Assembly: GCF_035594765.1 (NCBI RefSeq)
Contig: NC_085844.1
Span: 157,434,107-157,498,106, forward strand
DNA length: 64,000 nt
Origin: Anolis carolinensis
Lineage: Eukaryota
Reading direction: 5' to 3'
The notes below the pieces were generated by a model. That model saw only the letters and a list, made by a program, of their open reading frames with translations. It searched no databases and had not been told where the DNA came from. Every line of letters starts with the position of its first letter. Position 1 is the stretch's first letter. The translations under genes and the position numbers were made by a program. Shown here one piece after another: positions 13,935 to 26,880 of this stretch.

Positions 13935-14901
13935 TCATCATCATCATACAATCCTAAGGTTTGGAGTGACCCCTAAGGATCATCCAGATCAACTTCCTTC
14001 TACCATGCAAGAGGACCAGAGCCGGCCCTAGGTATTTTTCAAGTGTAGGCGAACAGAATTTTGGCGCCCCCCCCAAACCAATCACTGAAAAATAAAAGCG
14101 TTGGATAAGCGAAAATGTTGGATAATAAGGAAGTATAAAGGAAAAGCCTATAAAACATCAAATTACATTATGATTTTAAAAATTAAGCACCAAAACATCA
14201 TGTTTTACAACAAATCAATAGAAAAAGCAGTTCAATACATGGTAATGTTATGTAGGAATTACTATATTTGCAAATTTAGCACTAAACATTGAACAGGGAT
14301 ATAGGGCAGTGTGGACTTAGATAACCCAGATAGCCCTCAGTATTAAAAAAAACTCTAAAATCAGGACAATAAATAAAGAACAACACTCTGAAAACAGAAG
14401 AAATCCAGACAGTAAACAATCAGGGACAGCTAACTCCTCCCAAAAAAAGATTCTCCCAGGCAAGAAGAAGCCAGGCCTTGAAGCCACAGGGCCATTAAAT
14501 GCTAATCAAGGTGATTAATTACAACATTCACACCTGCTTCAAAGAAAAGTTCTTTCTCCCACCCTGGACCTTCTACAGATATATAAACCCCACATACCTA
14601 GCTTCCAAGTTCCCACAGACCTCACAATCTCTGAAGGCCCCAAAGGTGGGCTTGCGTGGTGCGAAGGTGGGTCTGCGCTGGCCGGAAGGCCCAGCGCGAC
14701 CGCTGGAAGGCCCGAAAGAGAAGGAGGTGGAGAGTGGTGCCCTCCTCCCAGGACGATGGTGCCCCCGGGACGATGGCGCCACAGGCAAATGCCTATTTCG
14801 CCTTATGGTTGGACCGCCTCTGAGGAGGACACAATCCAAGCACTCCTGACAGATGGCCATCCAGCCTCTACATAGTAATGATGATGATGAAGATGATTAT
14901 G

Positions 14902-14949
<48 letters not shown>

Positions 14950-15040
14950 GAAGCATACAATCCAAGAGTTTGGAGAGACCCCTAAGGGCCATCCAGCCCA
15001 ACCCTTTCTACTATGCAGCAGGACACAATCCAAGCATTCA
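13265..15040 (-). repeat. Tandem array of CR1 3'-end-derived units separated by (AAT)n tracts
   Basis: About 7 units of ggagagacccctaag..catccagt(c/t)caac..caagcactcc..acagatggcca.ccagcctc, homologous to 9590-9686; one unit split by the hAT at 14017. Confidence 0.8.
14017..14822. mobile_element. Non-autonomous hAT composite element
   Basis: TIRs cagagccggccc / ggaccgcctctg; 8-bp TSD AAGAGGAC (14009-14016) / AGGAGGAC (14823-14830); carries Tc1-MITE, Harbinger-MITE and Penelope-like fragments. Confidence 0.85.
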
Positions 15041-15251
15041 CAACACATGGACAACATATAAATACTATACAATACTACATAGGGACATAGACCCCCTCTA
15101 CCCTCACCACTTTCACAGTACACAAACAACCAAATGCATACTAAACATAAAGACAACCATACAACAGACATTCAATACCACCACTACCTCAACAATTTCT
15201 CACCAACACCACCAGACAACACCACAGCAACGCGTGGCCGGGCACAGCTAG

Positions 15252-15700
15252 TGACCTATAAAGCATCATACTGCTCAGATCCAAGCTATTTGGCATATCA
15301 TGTATCCCAGTACGAACTTGCTTCGGCCCTGAAATCCTCAGGAGATACCCTTCTCTCAGTCCTACCACCATTGCAAGATTGGTTGGTGAAAATGAGAGAG
15401 TGGGCCTTCTCAGTGGCTACCCCTCAACTCAGTGCCCTGCTATCTTTCCAGTAGCCTACTAAAACCTTTCATTTCAGACAGACTTTTAAAGAAGAAAGTT
15501 CTTAAGATTGAGCCAGGGAGTGCTGTGTTTTATGTAGTTTAACAGGTTTTAAAAATGGTTTTAACTATGTATTTGTAATTAATTCTACTTTAATGTTTGT
15601 GTCCTTGGATTTTAATTTACATATTGTATGATTTTTAGTGTTAGTCACTTTGAGTCTCCTTTCAGAGAGTAAAAGCCAAGTAGAAATACTTCTACTACTA
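15252..15700 (+). mobile_element. Old L2 3' fragment
   Basis: VTYKA.. and REWAFSVATPQL similar to L2 C-termini at 2760-2950 and 47490-47670; L2-type 3' end near 15650. Confidence 0.7.
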
Positions 15701-16964
15701 ATAACCACAAATGGGGAAAAAGAACAATCTGGATCTAACCAAGGAACCGAGGTTATACTTATGCCGTAGATAAAATTAAAATGTTCCATCACCTTTGTGA
15801 TGAGTTTTTTTGCTTAAATTCAGCAAACAGGAATGCAATAATATAATGGACAATATAAAGCAAGATAACAATGCTACCTTTTTCTTTCTCTCCAGAGCAT
15901 AATCTCTGTAGTTGTTATATACATCATTGAGCGTTGATTTTCTACAGTAAAGTTCAGCATCTGTTTTGGCATTTGATATATAGCTGTGATCTGTTCTTTT
16001 AATTGCCTCCTAGTAAGATACTAATGACCTTTTTTGTTCTACTAAACACCATTTTTGTTTAGTTGTAAATTAACCATAACCAAACTCTCGAAGTGCTAAT
16101 ACCTTTCACTTCTTTTTGTTGCAGGCTGCTGAATTACGACCTAAGTATGCGTCTCATTAATGATGTAATTAGAAATCTGATTGTAATTTTTAAAAAGCTG
16201 GGTGTAATGGGTAAATTGTCCTCAGAAATACAGAACATGGGGAAAATGGGTTTAAGGACCTCATCAGATAGGCAGGGAAAAAGAGGGGGAAAGCATGGGA
16301 TAGTGGAAAGAACCATCTTACACTGTTCCCTCCTGACCAGGTCTGTCTTCTGCCATTCCAGGTCCTTTCTCCCTTCAGGTCTGTCTTTTTGCCACATTTC
16401 CCCATTTTGTGCCATTAGGAATTGGGTAAGGAGAGGCACTCTGGGCTTTGTTTTTCCATGCTGCCAAAATAGAGGCTCACAGAATCCCACCAAAATTGCC
16501 CTGCGTCATGTGATGGGCTCTGTAGTACTCCATTTCAGCAGCATGGAGAAACTGTGAGAAGACTTCATTTGATGACGTCATAGGTTTCCCTTCGCAAGTA
16601 GCAATACTGATGAAAATCTGTATCTAATACAGTGATTACTATGAGGAATAAATCACTCTTTGAAATCAGTGGGCATTTCTCCCAACATTAATCGTGCAAC
16701 AACTATGTGTGTGTCAATTCTTTCAATATTGCAGCTGAGAGACGAAGGTTTCAGTCCCTTCTGTTGCTGGAAATATGTTTTCAGACGAGGATGGTTAGAC
16801 ATTTTTTAAATTACTTTTTCCAAATTTTGCAGACTTCTTCATAAAATCAATGAAGACAAAATATGAAAATATAGGAAAATGTAAAACCTGATACATCCAC
16901 CTCTCCAGGCAGAGGAATTTGAGTGCTTAGAAATGTCTCTTCAGAGGAGTTTCAACAAATTAAA

Positions 16965-17189
16965 ATCCTCATTCCATATCCCTGAATTCTGCATCCATTG
17001 ATTGTACCGCCCATGGTGTGAAATTTTTTTTCAAAATAATTTCAAAATGCAAACCTTGATTTTGCAATCTTATAAGAGAGATAACATTTTACTTTGCTAT
17101 TGTATATAATAGGACTTTAGCATCCACAGATTTTGGTTTCGATGGGAAGTCCAGGAACCAAATCTCATTGAATACCGAGGGTCACAGTA
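16965..17189. mobile_element. Tc1/mariner (Tigger/MER2-like) MITE, degenerate
   Basis: gcatccacagattttggt..ggaaccaaat..gaataccgagggtcacagTA ending typical of Tigger-type MITEs. Confidence 0.55.
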
Positions 17190-17280
17190 CCATAGAGAAA
17201 GTCTAGCTATATTCCTATAGCTGAATGTAGAGCTATGACGTCACTGGCAGGAATCTCTAAATGACCCTGTTGCTATAAAT

Positions 17281-17392
17281 TAGTGGTTCTCAACCTGTGG
17301 ATCCCCAGAAATCCCAGCCAGTTTACCAGCTGTTAGGTTTTCTGGGAGATGAAGGCCAAAACATCTGGGGACTCACAGGTTGAGAACCACTG
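17281..17392. mobile_element. hAT MITE (internally deleted)
   Basis: TIRs tagtggttctcaacct / aggttgagaaccactg; perfect 8-bp TSD CTATAAAT. Confidence 0.9.
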
Positions 17393-17544
17393 CTATAAAT
17401 CCATCTCAAGTATAATAGATAGCCACTTGCTTTCCGATGAGGAAGAAATTGCTTGGCCCCAGGGGCTGCAGCTGAAAACTGGTGGGCTTTGGGCAGGGTT
17501 GGAGATTTATTGAGGCAAGATTGCAGCCATTGTATTTGGAAATA

Positions 17545-17867
17545 CAGTAGAGTCTCACTTATCCAACATTCGCTTATCCAATGTTCTGGATTATCCAATG
17601 TATTTTTGTACTCAATGTTTTCAATACATCGTGATATTTTGGTGCTAAATTCGTAAATACAGTAATTACTACATAGCATTACTGTATATTGAACTACTTT
17701 TTCTGTCAAATTTGTTGTATAACATGATGTTTTGGTGCTTAATTTGTAAAATCATAACCTAATTTGATGTTTAATAGACTTTTCCTTGATCCCTCCTTAT
17801 TATCCAACATATTCGCTTATCCAACATTCTGCCGGCCCGTTTATGTTGGATAAGTGAGACTCTACTG
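17545..17867. mobile_element. Tc1/mariner MITE
   Basis: TIRs cagtagagtctcacttatccaac / gttggataagtgagactctactg; TA on both sides. Confidence 0.92.
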
Positions 17868-17956
17868 TATAGAGAAATTTGACTGCTATTTAACCATATG
17901 GGAAAGAAGATGCATTACTAATTAAAATTAGTAGGAGTCTTTGTTCTCCCGTAGGT

Positions 17957-18151
17957 NNNNNNNNNNNNNNNNNNNNNNNNNNNNNNNNNNNNNNNNNNNN
18001 NNNNNNNNNNNNNNNNNNNNNNNNNNNNNNNNNNNNNNNNNNNNNNNNNNNNNNNNNNNNNNNNNNNNNNNNNNNNNNNNNNNNNNNNNNNNNNNNNNNN
18101 NNNNNNNNNNNNNNNNNNNNNNNNNNNNNNNNNNNNNNNNNNNNNNNNNNN
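17957..18151. other. Assembly gap (195 N)
   Basis: Run of N. Confidence 1.
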
Positions 18152-20998
18152 CTGTTTCTGTTTTCGTTACAGATTCTACGATGGATATAGTCCATGGTCA
18201 ATTGCAAAATGTTTGCAAAGTGATTTCCTTGTTAAAATGAAAACATCTCATGAAGCATCTATCTACCTTTCCAGCTACACCATTGGGTACACATTTTTAC
18301 CTATTTTGTAACACATATGTGAAGGTCATCAGCACCTGACTTCTCTGGCTACTAGCTGTTCTATTCAATTATGTCTAGAGGAGATGAATGATTCCATAAT
18401 TTGTAATATGTGTCAAACTGTAAGGTATTATGTATCTGGCACAATAATAAAATTAATGATTATGACATTCCTAACAGTTTTTGAAACCAGTTAGTATGCT
18501 GGCAGCGTAGAAACATTTATGTCTTATGCTCCAACACTTCTAATCCCATTCTACATAATTCACCCTGCGTATACCAATGCATTTTATGTCTTAATTCCAT
18601 GAGCTGCTGAATGGAAGTAGATGGGTGGATGAACTTTGTTTTCTTTTACTAAATTTGTATTTTCTTTTTTAAATGTTCTTTCTTGAATATAGGAGGATGT
18701 TTATGTCTCTAAGTGAGAGCCTGTGATTGCTCCAGGGAAGCTGGCAGGAGAATAAACAACCCCCTGCTGAATTCCCACATCACAGACCACACCAGAAACA
18801 AACATTAAACAAACAAGCAAACTCCTAGCAAACCACAAAGATGCCATGATCTTTTTTACTTCCTTAAGAAGCCCAATGTGGACTTCATTAAAATCACCTG
18901 TGTGGAGAGGTATTACCTTTCCTGCTATTTTTTTAAGCAGCCTTGTCCCTAAAGCACTACATTTCTCAACAAATTCCCTACAGAAGTTTATTAAATCAGT
19001 AGTTCAAAATGCAGCTCACAGAGGGAACAAGAGGACCAGTAGTTTTAGCAACATCTCTTGAAAACTTAAAGTATGATTAAAGTGAAACCTATCTCTTCCC
19101 TCCTGCCTTGGGAACTATGTTCCAGGGGCCTTAATCAATTCAAGCAATTATTCTGGTTTTTCTTATGGCTTTCAGAAAACCTCAAAACTCCATCTGTAGA
19201 CTAGACTCATATTTTCCTATAAGAGGCCACTGTCAATATTTTGAGATGGATCATGTAAGGTTGTTGATAGTAGTGCCATCTCTTCCACTCCTTTTTCAGT
19301 CTTAGTTGGAGCAAGTGTGCATGTTTGTATGTGGGGGTTGCCTAACTTGTTTCAGGAGAAAAAATAACCTTGTAAGCAGTGGGATGATTAAGATATAGTT
19401 TCTCCCTGATGAATGCTCCAGGACAAGGGTAACATTGCAGGGATCTTAAAAACCAAACCAAGTTATTGCTATAAATCCCACAACCTTCAATAACATTTCC
19501 TCTGTTATGATGCACCTGCTGAATGACAAATGAGGCATTGTGATATAAACTGGATAGAGAATTATTTCAACAATAACATTTTAATTAATCTCTGTATGCA
19601 CACATTCTTTTGCACAACAGCTGGATGAGTATGTGTGTGCACACATTTGTATAGAGGGATGTCCTGCAAAGTAGAATATGCTTGGAAAGGATTTTTTTAA
19701 AAGTTGGAACACCTTGAGAAACATTGGCATAACATACAGATGTTTTAAGATGAATGAGGAAAGCAACAAGGCAACCTGGGATATTGCTGGTGCAATATGA
19801 TAAATTGTATGGTGAAATAATCTATCATGTACACAGTTAGGGGGTCTGGCTTTGGCTTTCTTCCTCCCTCAGCCTGCTATAACTTATTTTTAAACATATG
19901 ATGTGAAAACATGCTTCCCTCACTTCCATTCCATGCCAGCTCACCCCACTTCCATTCTATACTAAGTGATTCCATAGAAAATAAAATTCTCATTATCTTA
20001 GGAGGAAGAAGAAAAGTAGGTATGCCTTTGATCATAGACACTCCCATTGTCACAAGGATTATAGAAATAAAGAATAACTCATAAAAAAGAGCCTAACAAA
20101 TATTCCTTTTGGGAAGTTTTGCTTTTCATTTGCTCTTGTCAGTGTCTGCAATAAATTTATGCAGCTATTTTGTAAATAAATGAGGATAAAGTAAAAGTGC
20201 TTATAAACCCTTCTATTGGGTTACAAGAGTTTTCCTTTTGTCTTACAGACATGTGACTGTAAGGGATTACAAGACACTCTAAAAGACTCTTTCCTCAAAT
20301 CCCAAGCCATGATCACAGGGCTCAAGGTCATTGATGCTTTGACTTCTAAGGAGCAGTGTTTTGTTATTTATTTAATGCTAATGGAGGCAGTTCCTTTTAT
20401 TGCTGGATTAAAAGTCCCTTGCTTATCTTCCTTTCATGCTGGAGTAGAATGTTCTTTTCTCTTTATTCCTAATGTCTTTGTCATGTCATGCGTGGGTGTT
20501 ATCAGACGGGGAAAGCCATTCATAGCCAAACCAACATTGCTGTGGTAAAAATATGTAACTCAAAGAGCAACAAAGATGGAAGTTAGCCAAATATTTCCTT
20601 CTGAATTCTGGAATGGAATAATATAAAAATGGGACTGAAATAATACATTGCAAATGCCTGGGGACATTATTCTCATATTTATTTTTTTCCTTCTCTTCCA
20701 TAAAATAACATAACCCTGTGATGATCTCACATTCTGAAAATCTCTTCTCCCACTCTGTATTATCAGCTGCTGATGGTGGGAACGTTTCCATTATGATGTT
20801 ATTGAATATGGCCAGACTAAGACATATTCTTGCAGACAACGGACTAGATTGGACCTTTCCACATTAAATGTACAGAAGCTGAGTGAATTGACAACTGATG
20901 GGATTGCATTATTTACCATACTTGAGTCAGTTGGCAAATTTAGGGGCTGTGGATAGGCTATATTGAGCCAATACAGGGAGACACAGAAAGATTTAGAA

Positions 20999-21132
20999 CA
21001 GTAGTTCTCAACCTGGGGTTCCCAGATGTTTTTGGCCTACAACTCCCAGAAATCCCAGACAGTTTACCAGCTGTTAGGATTTCTGGGAGTTGAAGTCTAA
21101 AACATCTGGGGACTCCAGGTTGAGAAACACTG
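20999..21132. mobile_element. hAT MITE
   Basis: TIRs cagtagttctcaacct / aggttgagaaacactg; perfect TSD ATTTAGAA. Confidence 0.9.
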
Positions 21133-23161
21133 ATTTAGAAGGAATAGCTAGAAACTGTCACTGTTGCCTCCCAGCCTCTGCCATCTGAGGCAAATGTAAG
21201 TTAGCAGGAGAACACATATGACTGGGTCTGATTATATGAACAGCTTCATTGGGAAGATGGCAAAGAGCAGCCTTTAATGTCTCACAAAATGTTTGTGTAT
21301 GGTGGTGAGGGAGCTCTAGAAAGCTGAAGAACCTATACGATGTAACACAACATAACAATCCATACACTCACTTTTGAAATGTCCTAATTGGACATCTTCT
21401 TCCTATTCTTCACAGGTATAAATACATTGTCCTACATAATCAATATGGAGCAGTACAAGTCCTGGAGAATTTGGCTCTATTTATTTTACCTAATAAAGTC
21501 ACCCTAAAAGCCCCTTCATATTTCACAGTTATTGTGAAATGATTTCACTTTAGTTGCCTTAGTTCCATCTAAGGAATCACGAGAATTGTAGTTTTGTGAG
21601 GTCCTTAGGATTCTTGGCCAGAAAGCTCTAGTGCCTCACCAAATGACAAGCCCAGAATTATCTAGGATAGGGTTGTGGGAATTAAAATGAAATCATAGAA
21701 CTATAACTGTAATGTGAGCAAGCTCCTACTCTCCCCAAAAAGTTTGACTCTATGCCTTCTACATCCCCCTAGGCCACGAATTACATTTTGCTGTGCCTCT
21801 TTGCATACAAAACCCCTCTTCTCATCTTTCAAATTTCTCCTACAGACTGATTGCATAGTCAGGGAAAATCAGTATCACAGTTTCCTTCCTGCTTGTAGGA
21901 TTCTGTTGCTGGGCCAGAGTTACAGAATGGATGGAGGCAAAACTGAGCATCAGTCAACCTGATTGTTTAGTATAGATTTCATTATGTTGTGGATATTGCA
22001 TTAGAAGAACAAAGGAATAGCAGAAACCACCCGAAATCCACTAGGGGTTGTTTTCCACAGTCTAAATGTCTTATTCTGCAAAATCTAGACTCTCTGCTCA
22101 TCCACATCCACACAAATAGAGAGAGACAGAGAATAGGAGATTTTGTTAGATTTTTGGGGGGAGATGGAACCAAAACCACATTTATAAAATGGAGTTATAA
22201 TTATAAACTTTTGAAAACCCAAGTCTGCAAAATGAAGCTGCCAAGAATACTCGAACAATAGATGATTGCCCCAAAATAATGAAATGGCAGCAGCAAGATC
22301 CCCTTCTGGCTCAAAATGGGGGGGGGGGGGTTGTTGCTGGGATGGGGAACTTTACATTTTGCTCCGGAGCTCAGTATATTAACAAAACTGTCATTATCCA
22401 TACTTTTTTTAAAAGTTGAAGCTTCACAGACCTTTTGGACTGCACAATGGAATATAGTTTGGAAAAAATGGATTTAGTATGTCTGAATGCAAAACTAATC
22501 AGCTCAGTATGACTATTTCATATGGCTAAGCCCATTACAAGTATGCTCGACGTCTTTCATCTCTGTTGAGGATATAGGATATCATTAATGTTACCAGCTG
22601 CATTGTTTTCTTTGAATACTAACAGCAGAGGGGGGAAAGCCCCATTGGTTGCCTTGTTTTCCCACTTACACAGCAATCATCCTGCCAAGCCAAATGGAAA
22701 ACAGGCGTTTGCAATAAAAGCATTTTCCCAAATGCCCTGTTAATTTTTAGTAAACCAAAATAAAATGTGTTGTTATTTATTAAGACTATGTGACCTGCAC
22801 AACATCCAGATGATGTTTTGGTAAAGCACCAGGTTCAGATTATTCTTTGTTAAAAAATCCCTTCACTTTTCTTTGTAGAAAATAAGCAATCATTGATGTT
22901 TGGCTCAACGTATGTTTGGGATTCACTTCATGAAGTATAACTCTTGGTACTTACCTAAAAATTTTAATGGTTCTCAAAATAAAGTACAAGTATTGCTTAG
23001 TTGTACAAAATATTGAGGCTGTGCTAGCCATCTAAAAATGTCTATCCTTTCTGTTGCTTAGTGTCAATCCTTTTCAAGGAAGCATTGTGGAATATCTGTT
23101 ATTTGGTTAAATATTCTAGATACAAATGTGACAGGTAACTCTTATGTCAGTGAGACAGTGA

Positions 23162-23338
23162 AGGCCCTTCCATACAGCCCTATATCCCAGAATATCAAGG
23201 CAGAAAATCCCACAATATCTGCTTTGAACTGGGTTATCTGAGTCCAGATTCCCAGTTGCCATATATCCCAGTTCAAAACAGATATTATGGTATTTTCTGC
23301 CTTGTTATTCTGGAATATTGGGCTATGTGGAAGGGCCC
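23162..23338. mobile_element. PIF/Harbinger-like palindromic MITE
   Basis: TIRs aggcccttccatacagcc / ggctatgtggaagggccc, long internal inverted symmetry, TGA TSD. Confidence 0.85.
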
Positions 23339-24004
23339 TGAATCTTCTCATGTTTAACCTGAATTTTAAATGATTTTGTTGAAAAAGCTAAACCTATTGA
23401 GTAGGTAATGCTCAAAACCTTAGGTTGCTTTTTTAAAATCTGGAGTAACATTTGGGACTGATTCACCATCCAACTTACATTTGGAATTAACAGCTGCTAG
23501 TGGTTAATGTAGGAAAAGAGATCTGTTAGGCTTGTGATTCTGAACTAAATTATCCATTTAATGCCTCTCATAGCATTCTGTGAGAAAAAGCAAAGTTTGT
23601 AGTGGATTTTCAATTTCCCAAGCACTTCTTTATTGGGGAAGAAATACACAAAATGTATTAATTAGGGAAAAATGCATGTGGTAGAAATGTATTCAAAATT
23701 TCCACAGAGAAATAAAAGTCTCACAACCTTGTACAAAGTGTGGGACAAAGATGCAGTTGAAGTTCATAAAAAACCCACAAAATCACAATTGCTAGAAGTA
23801 GATGAAGAAGGGAATGGGAGGGAAGTCAACTTAATTTCCCAAGTGCATAGTACTGTCAACAAGATTAGAAAGGAATTAATTTCATTTCACCTGAGTAACT
23901 TTGTATATCAATACAGTGTATTCAAAAGAAACCAGCCTACAATAAAATCAATAGAGGACAAAGAGTTTGAAATTTACACTGAGTAATTACTTTAAATATT
24001 TATT

Positions 24005-24370
24005 TTAATAAAATGATATACAGATGGTACCTGTCAACAGAAATGATTGCCAAGATGTATAAAAATAGTTCTGGTGATTGCTGGAAATGTGGGGAAAAGG
24101 TGGGTACTTTTTATCAAATGTGGTGGTCATGTAAAAAGCCTCAGAACTTTATCTGCTTGGGATGTTAGATAAATTGATAGAAAATGAGGAAGGTTATTGC
24201 TATACATGATAACGGCAGCAAGAATTACCTATGCTCAAATATAGAAAGGCTCAATGATTCTGTCACAAAGAAGATTGTCTTATGCAAATAAGCGAACTTG
24301 CAGAAATGGATAAAAATACTACATTGATGAAGGAGAAATCTCTAACTTTAAGAAAGACTGGGGACCATTT
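24005..24370 (+). mobile_element. L1-clade LINE ORF2 C-terminal fragment
   Basis: Translates KMIYRWYLSTEMIAKMYKNSSGDCWKCGEKVGTFYQMWWSCKK, a degenerate L1 C-terminal cysteine-rich (CCHC-type) motif. Confidence 0.8.
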
Positions 24371-26102
24371 ATTGTGTTCCTCCAGCAAAGATGGGGCCAA
24401 ATCCCCATCACTGTTTCTTTGGACTAGAAGAGCGTTATTGTATGAGATGTACCAATGCTTCCTTTTCACTAAATGGGTGTAGAAAACTGAGGGTGGTTCC
24501 ACACAACCCTTTAACCTAGGAGCAATCATGTTTTAAAAACACAACTGTGACTGGCTTCTAGTCCACCTCCCCCCCACCCGAAAGTGCATTCTTTTCTTGG
24601 GGGGGGGGTGTCCACATGCTCTGCCGGGCTTTCCAGCAGAGCATGGGGACACAAAAGAAAACCACTTGAAAAGCCTTAAAAAGGAAAATGACTCACCTGC
24701 CATTTCCCCTTCACTGGAGCTCTTCTTGCTTGTATCAATGATGTGCCAAGAGAAAGAGGGCCAGGAGCAATTTTTCTCCTTCCCCCCTCTCCTGTCGGTT
24801 CATTTGGTATGTGCCAGGAGATCTCCGGAGAAGTGGCAATGGCGGTTGGATGAGTTAAAGGTGTTTTTCAAGGAGTTTGGGGAGGGTGTGTGTGCTGTCC
24901 CAGGTTTCTTGGGCTCCAGGAGGCCAAGAAACCCAACACATCTTTAAAATAAAAATAATTTAATGTGTTAAAATAAAAACAATTTCTTTTAAAATGTCCA
25001 GGTGAAATAATAGTGCAGATCTGCATAGTACTGTACATATTAAGACCAGGACAAATAGAAGTTGATTATTCATGGAAATAAAGTGAGAGATTAGGCAGTT
25101 TAGCTTGCATTTTTAAAAGCACTTTGTAATGTAGCCATAGTTCAATAGGTAAGGGCCTATACTTTTCATGTATAAGGTACAAAGTTCAAACTTTGCCCTT
25201 ATTTTAGAAAGGATCTTGAAAGTAAGGCTGGGAAAGAGCTTTGCTGGAAAGTTGCTGCTAGCTGGAGTATAAAGAGGACTAGGTTAAAACAGACACGACT
25301 TGTTCTGTTTTAGCTTCATAAGCCTTTAGGGAAGTGGTTGGCTACTGGCAGCCTTCAGGCAGAATCAAGACTTTCATAAGTTGCAGACTCCATGTACATT
25401 GCAGATAGAACTGAACCATTCACATTTCTAATTGGGAGTCTGTTCTTTGATATATGGATGTGCTATAATCCATGCTCCATATGTCCAGATGATAATAAGG
25501 GGTAATACCTAATAACAGGTAATAAGAGGTACATATGAAAATAATATGAAATGGACAATCTGAAGTTCTGTCACTTTTAATGAGCGCCAGGATTTTATTA
25601 TAGTGCATGTATGCACACATACATATATAATACAAAGGCAGGGAAGGAAAATGTCTCAGGGGAGCTACTGAAGTAAATTAATGGCTGTGACAGTTTTCAT
25701 GGGATTCAGCATTAGAAATTGTCCTTATTTGAGAAAAGAATTCAGCAACAGGATTTTTTCCTAGTGGTGGCCCAAGAGACTATAGTTTGAAGTTTGATTG
25801 CATATACTGTAGCTGGCAAACCTCTGCTGTTTTCAACTATATGTTATCCTTATGGTAGCTAAGGATGGGGCAGAGCCTCACTGAATTTGGCAGTTTTACC
25901 AAAGGTAAACATTTTTTACTTTGCCAGACTCAGTGTAAGAAGTAAGAAGAAATCCACCACTACCACTGCTGGTAATTACACATGTGAGAATAAAAATGGA
26001 GCCCACCAAGGAAAAAAATGACAGGAAGAAAATGTAGGTGAAATTTGAAAAACAAAACAAAACAATGGCATTGAAATGTTTCACATCTCTAGGGATTACC
26101 TA

Positions 26103-26880
26103 GGGAGTCAGCATTGTACAATGGGCTGTGCCGTGCCCCATGAAGACCCTCACTGTTTACCCCTAGTTAAGCCTTTTTTAGTTAGAGGGATTAATATTTT
26201 ATGTACAGTTTCTGGGGGGTCAGTTTAGATAGCCTCTTTACATTTTAAGCCTCCATTGCCCTGCTGCTTTAAGAATCCCTTCAGGTGCAGAGTCTCAGGC
26301 AAGGCACTTCTGGTTCCTGAAAGAGTCAGCTTTTTCGTGACTGGAAGGTGAAAAGAGAGGAAAGCCAGAAGGTCTACAAAATAGCACGTCCAGTTAGAGC
26401 TGTATTCAAATCTAGTCAGAGTTAAATTTTGAGACCACTTTAGAGACAGATAAACACCATACAAGAAAGAGACAATAAGAAGAAATAAAGATTCAAGAGC
26501 CTCAGTTCGGCCAGAACTGTGTCTATCTCTCAAAGACTTTACCTTTCCTCATAAAGACTTGTAGTGGGACTCAGGAGGAGAGAAGGTCTAAAACTCTTGT
26601 CAGTTAATAAATTCCTGTTTGATTCAACTTTATAGTCTCCAATCTGTTCCTTGCACAGACAATTCACCTCCCAAGTAGTTAAGGGGCAGAACAGGCTAGG
26701 TGTTGTAACAGAATTCCAGAAGCCAAGGGTTTGAATGTGTGTTCAGTCATGGACATGCATTGAATGGCCTTGGGCAGATCTCAGTCTAAGAGGAGTAAAT
26801 TCCTCTTAATAAACTTTGCCAGCCTTATGATAGGGTCACCATTAAGTTGCAATTCACTTGAAGTCAAATAACAGCAATAA
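26103..26880 (+). mobile_element. Old tRNA-derived SINE split by an LTR-like insertion
   Basis: Joining 26103-26126 to 26697 onward restores a SINE head (ggagtcagcat..gtgttg..agggtttgaat) continuing to an RTE-like tail (gggtcaccattaagt..acttgaag..aacagcaa). Confidence 0.5.
26127..26693 (+). mobile_element. Probable solo LTR
   Basis: TG...CA ends with imperfect inverted termini tgtgccgtgcccc / ggggcagaaca; AATAAA near 26606; GGC on both flanks. Confidence 0.55.

Larger units (their letters stand above)
12935..15251 (+). mobile_element. Non-autonomous Helitron-type composite (3' end clear, 5' TC end not found)
   Basis: Ends ccac-agcaacgc-gtgg hairpin then CTAG|T at 15248-15252, matching the ends at 34169 and 39875; contains Tc1 MITE, CR1-tail repeats and a hAT. 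Confidence 0.75.

Noticed and set aside
13265-14010. Repeat-spacer-like array resembling CRISPR
   Set aside because: Eukaryotic context; units are long CR1 tails and spacers are (AAT)n microsatellites; no cas genes
17890-18240. ORFs spanning X runs
   Set aside because: Artefacts of the N gap
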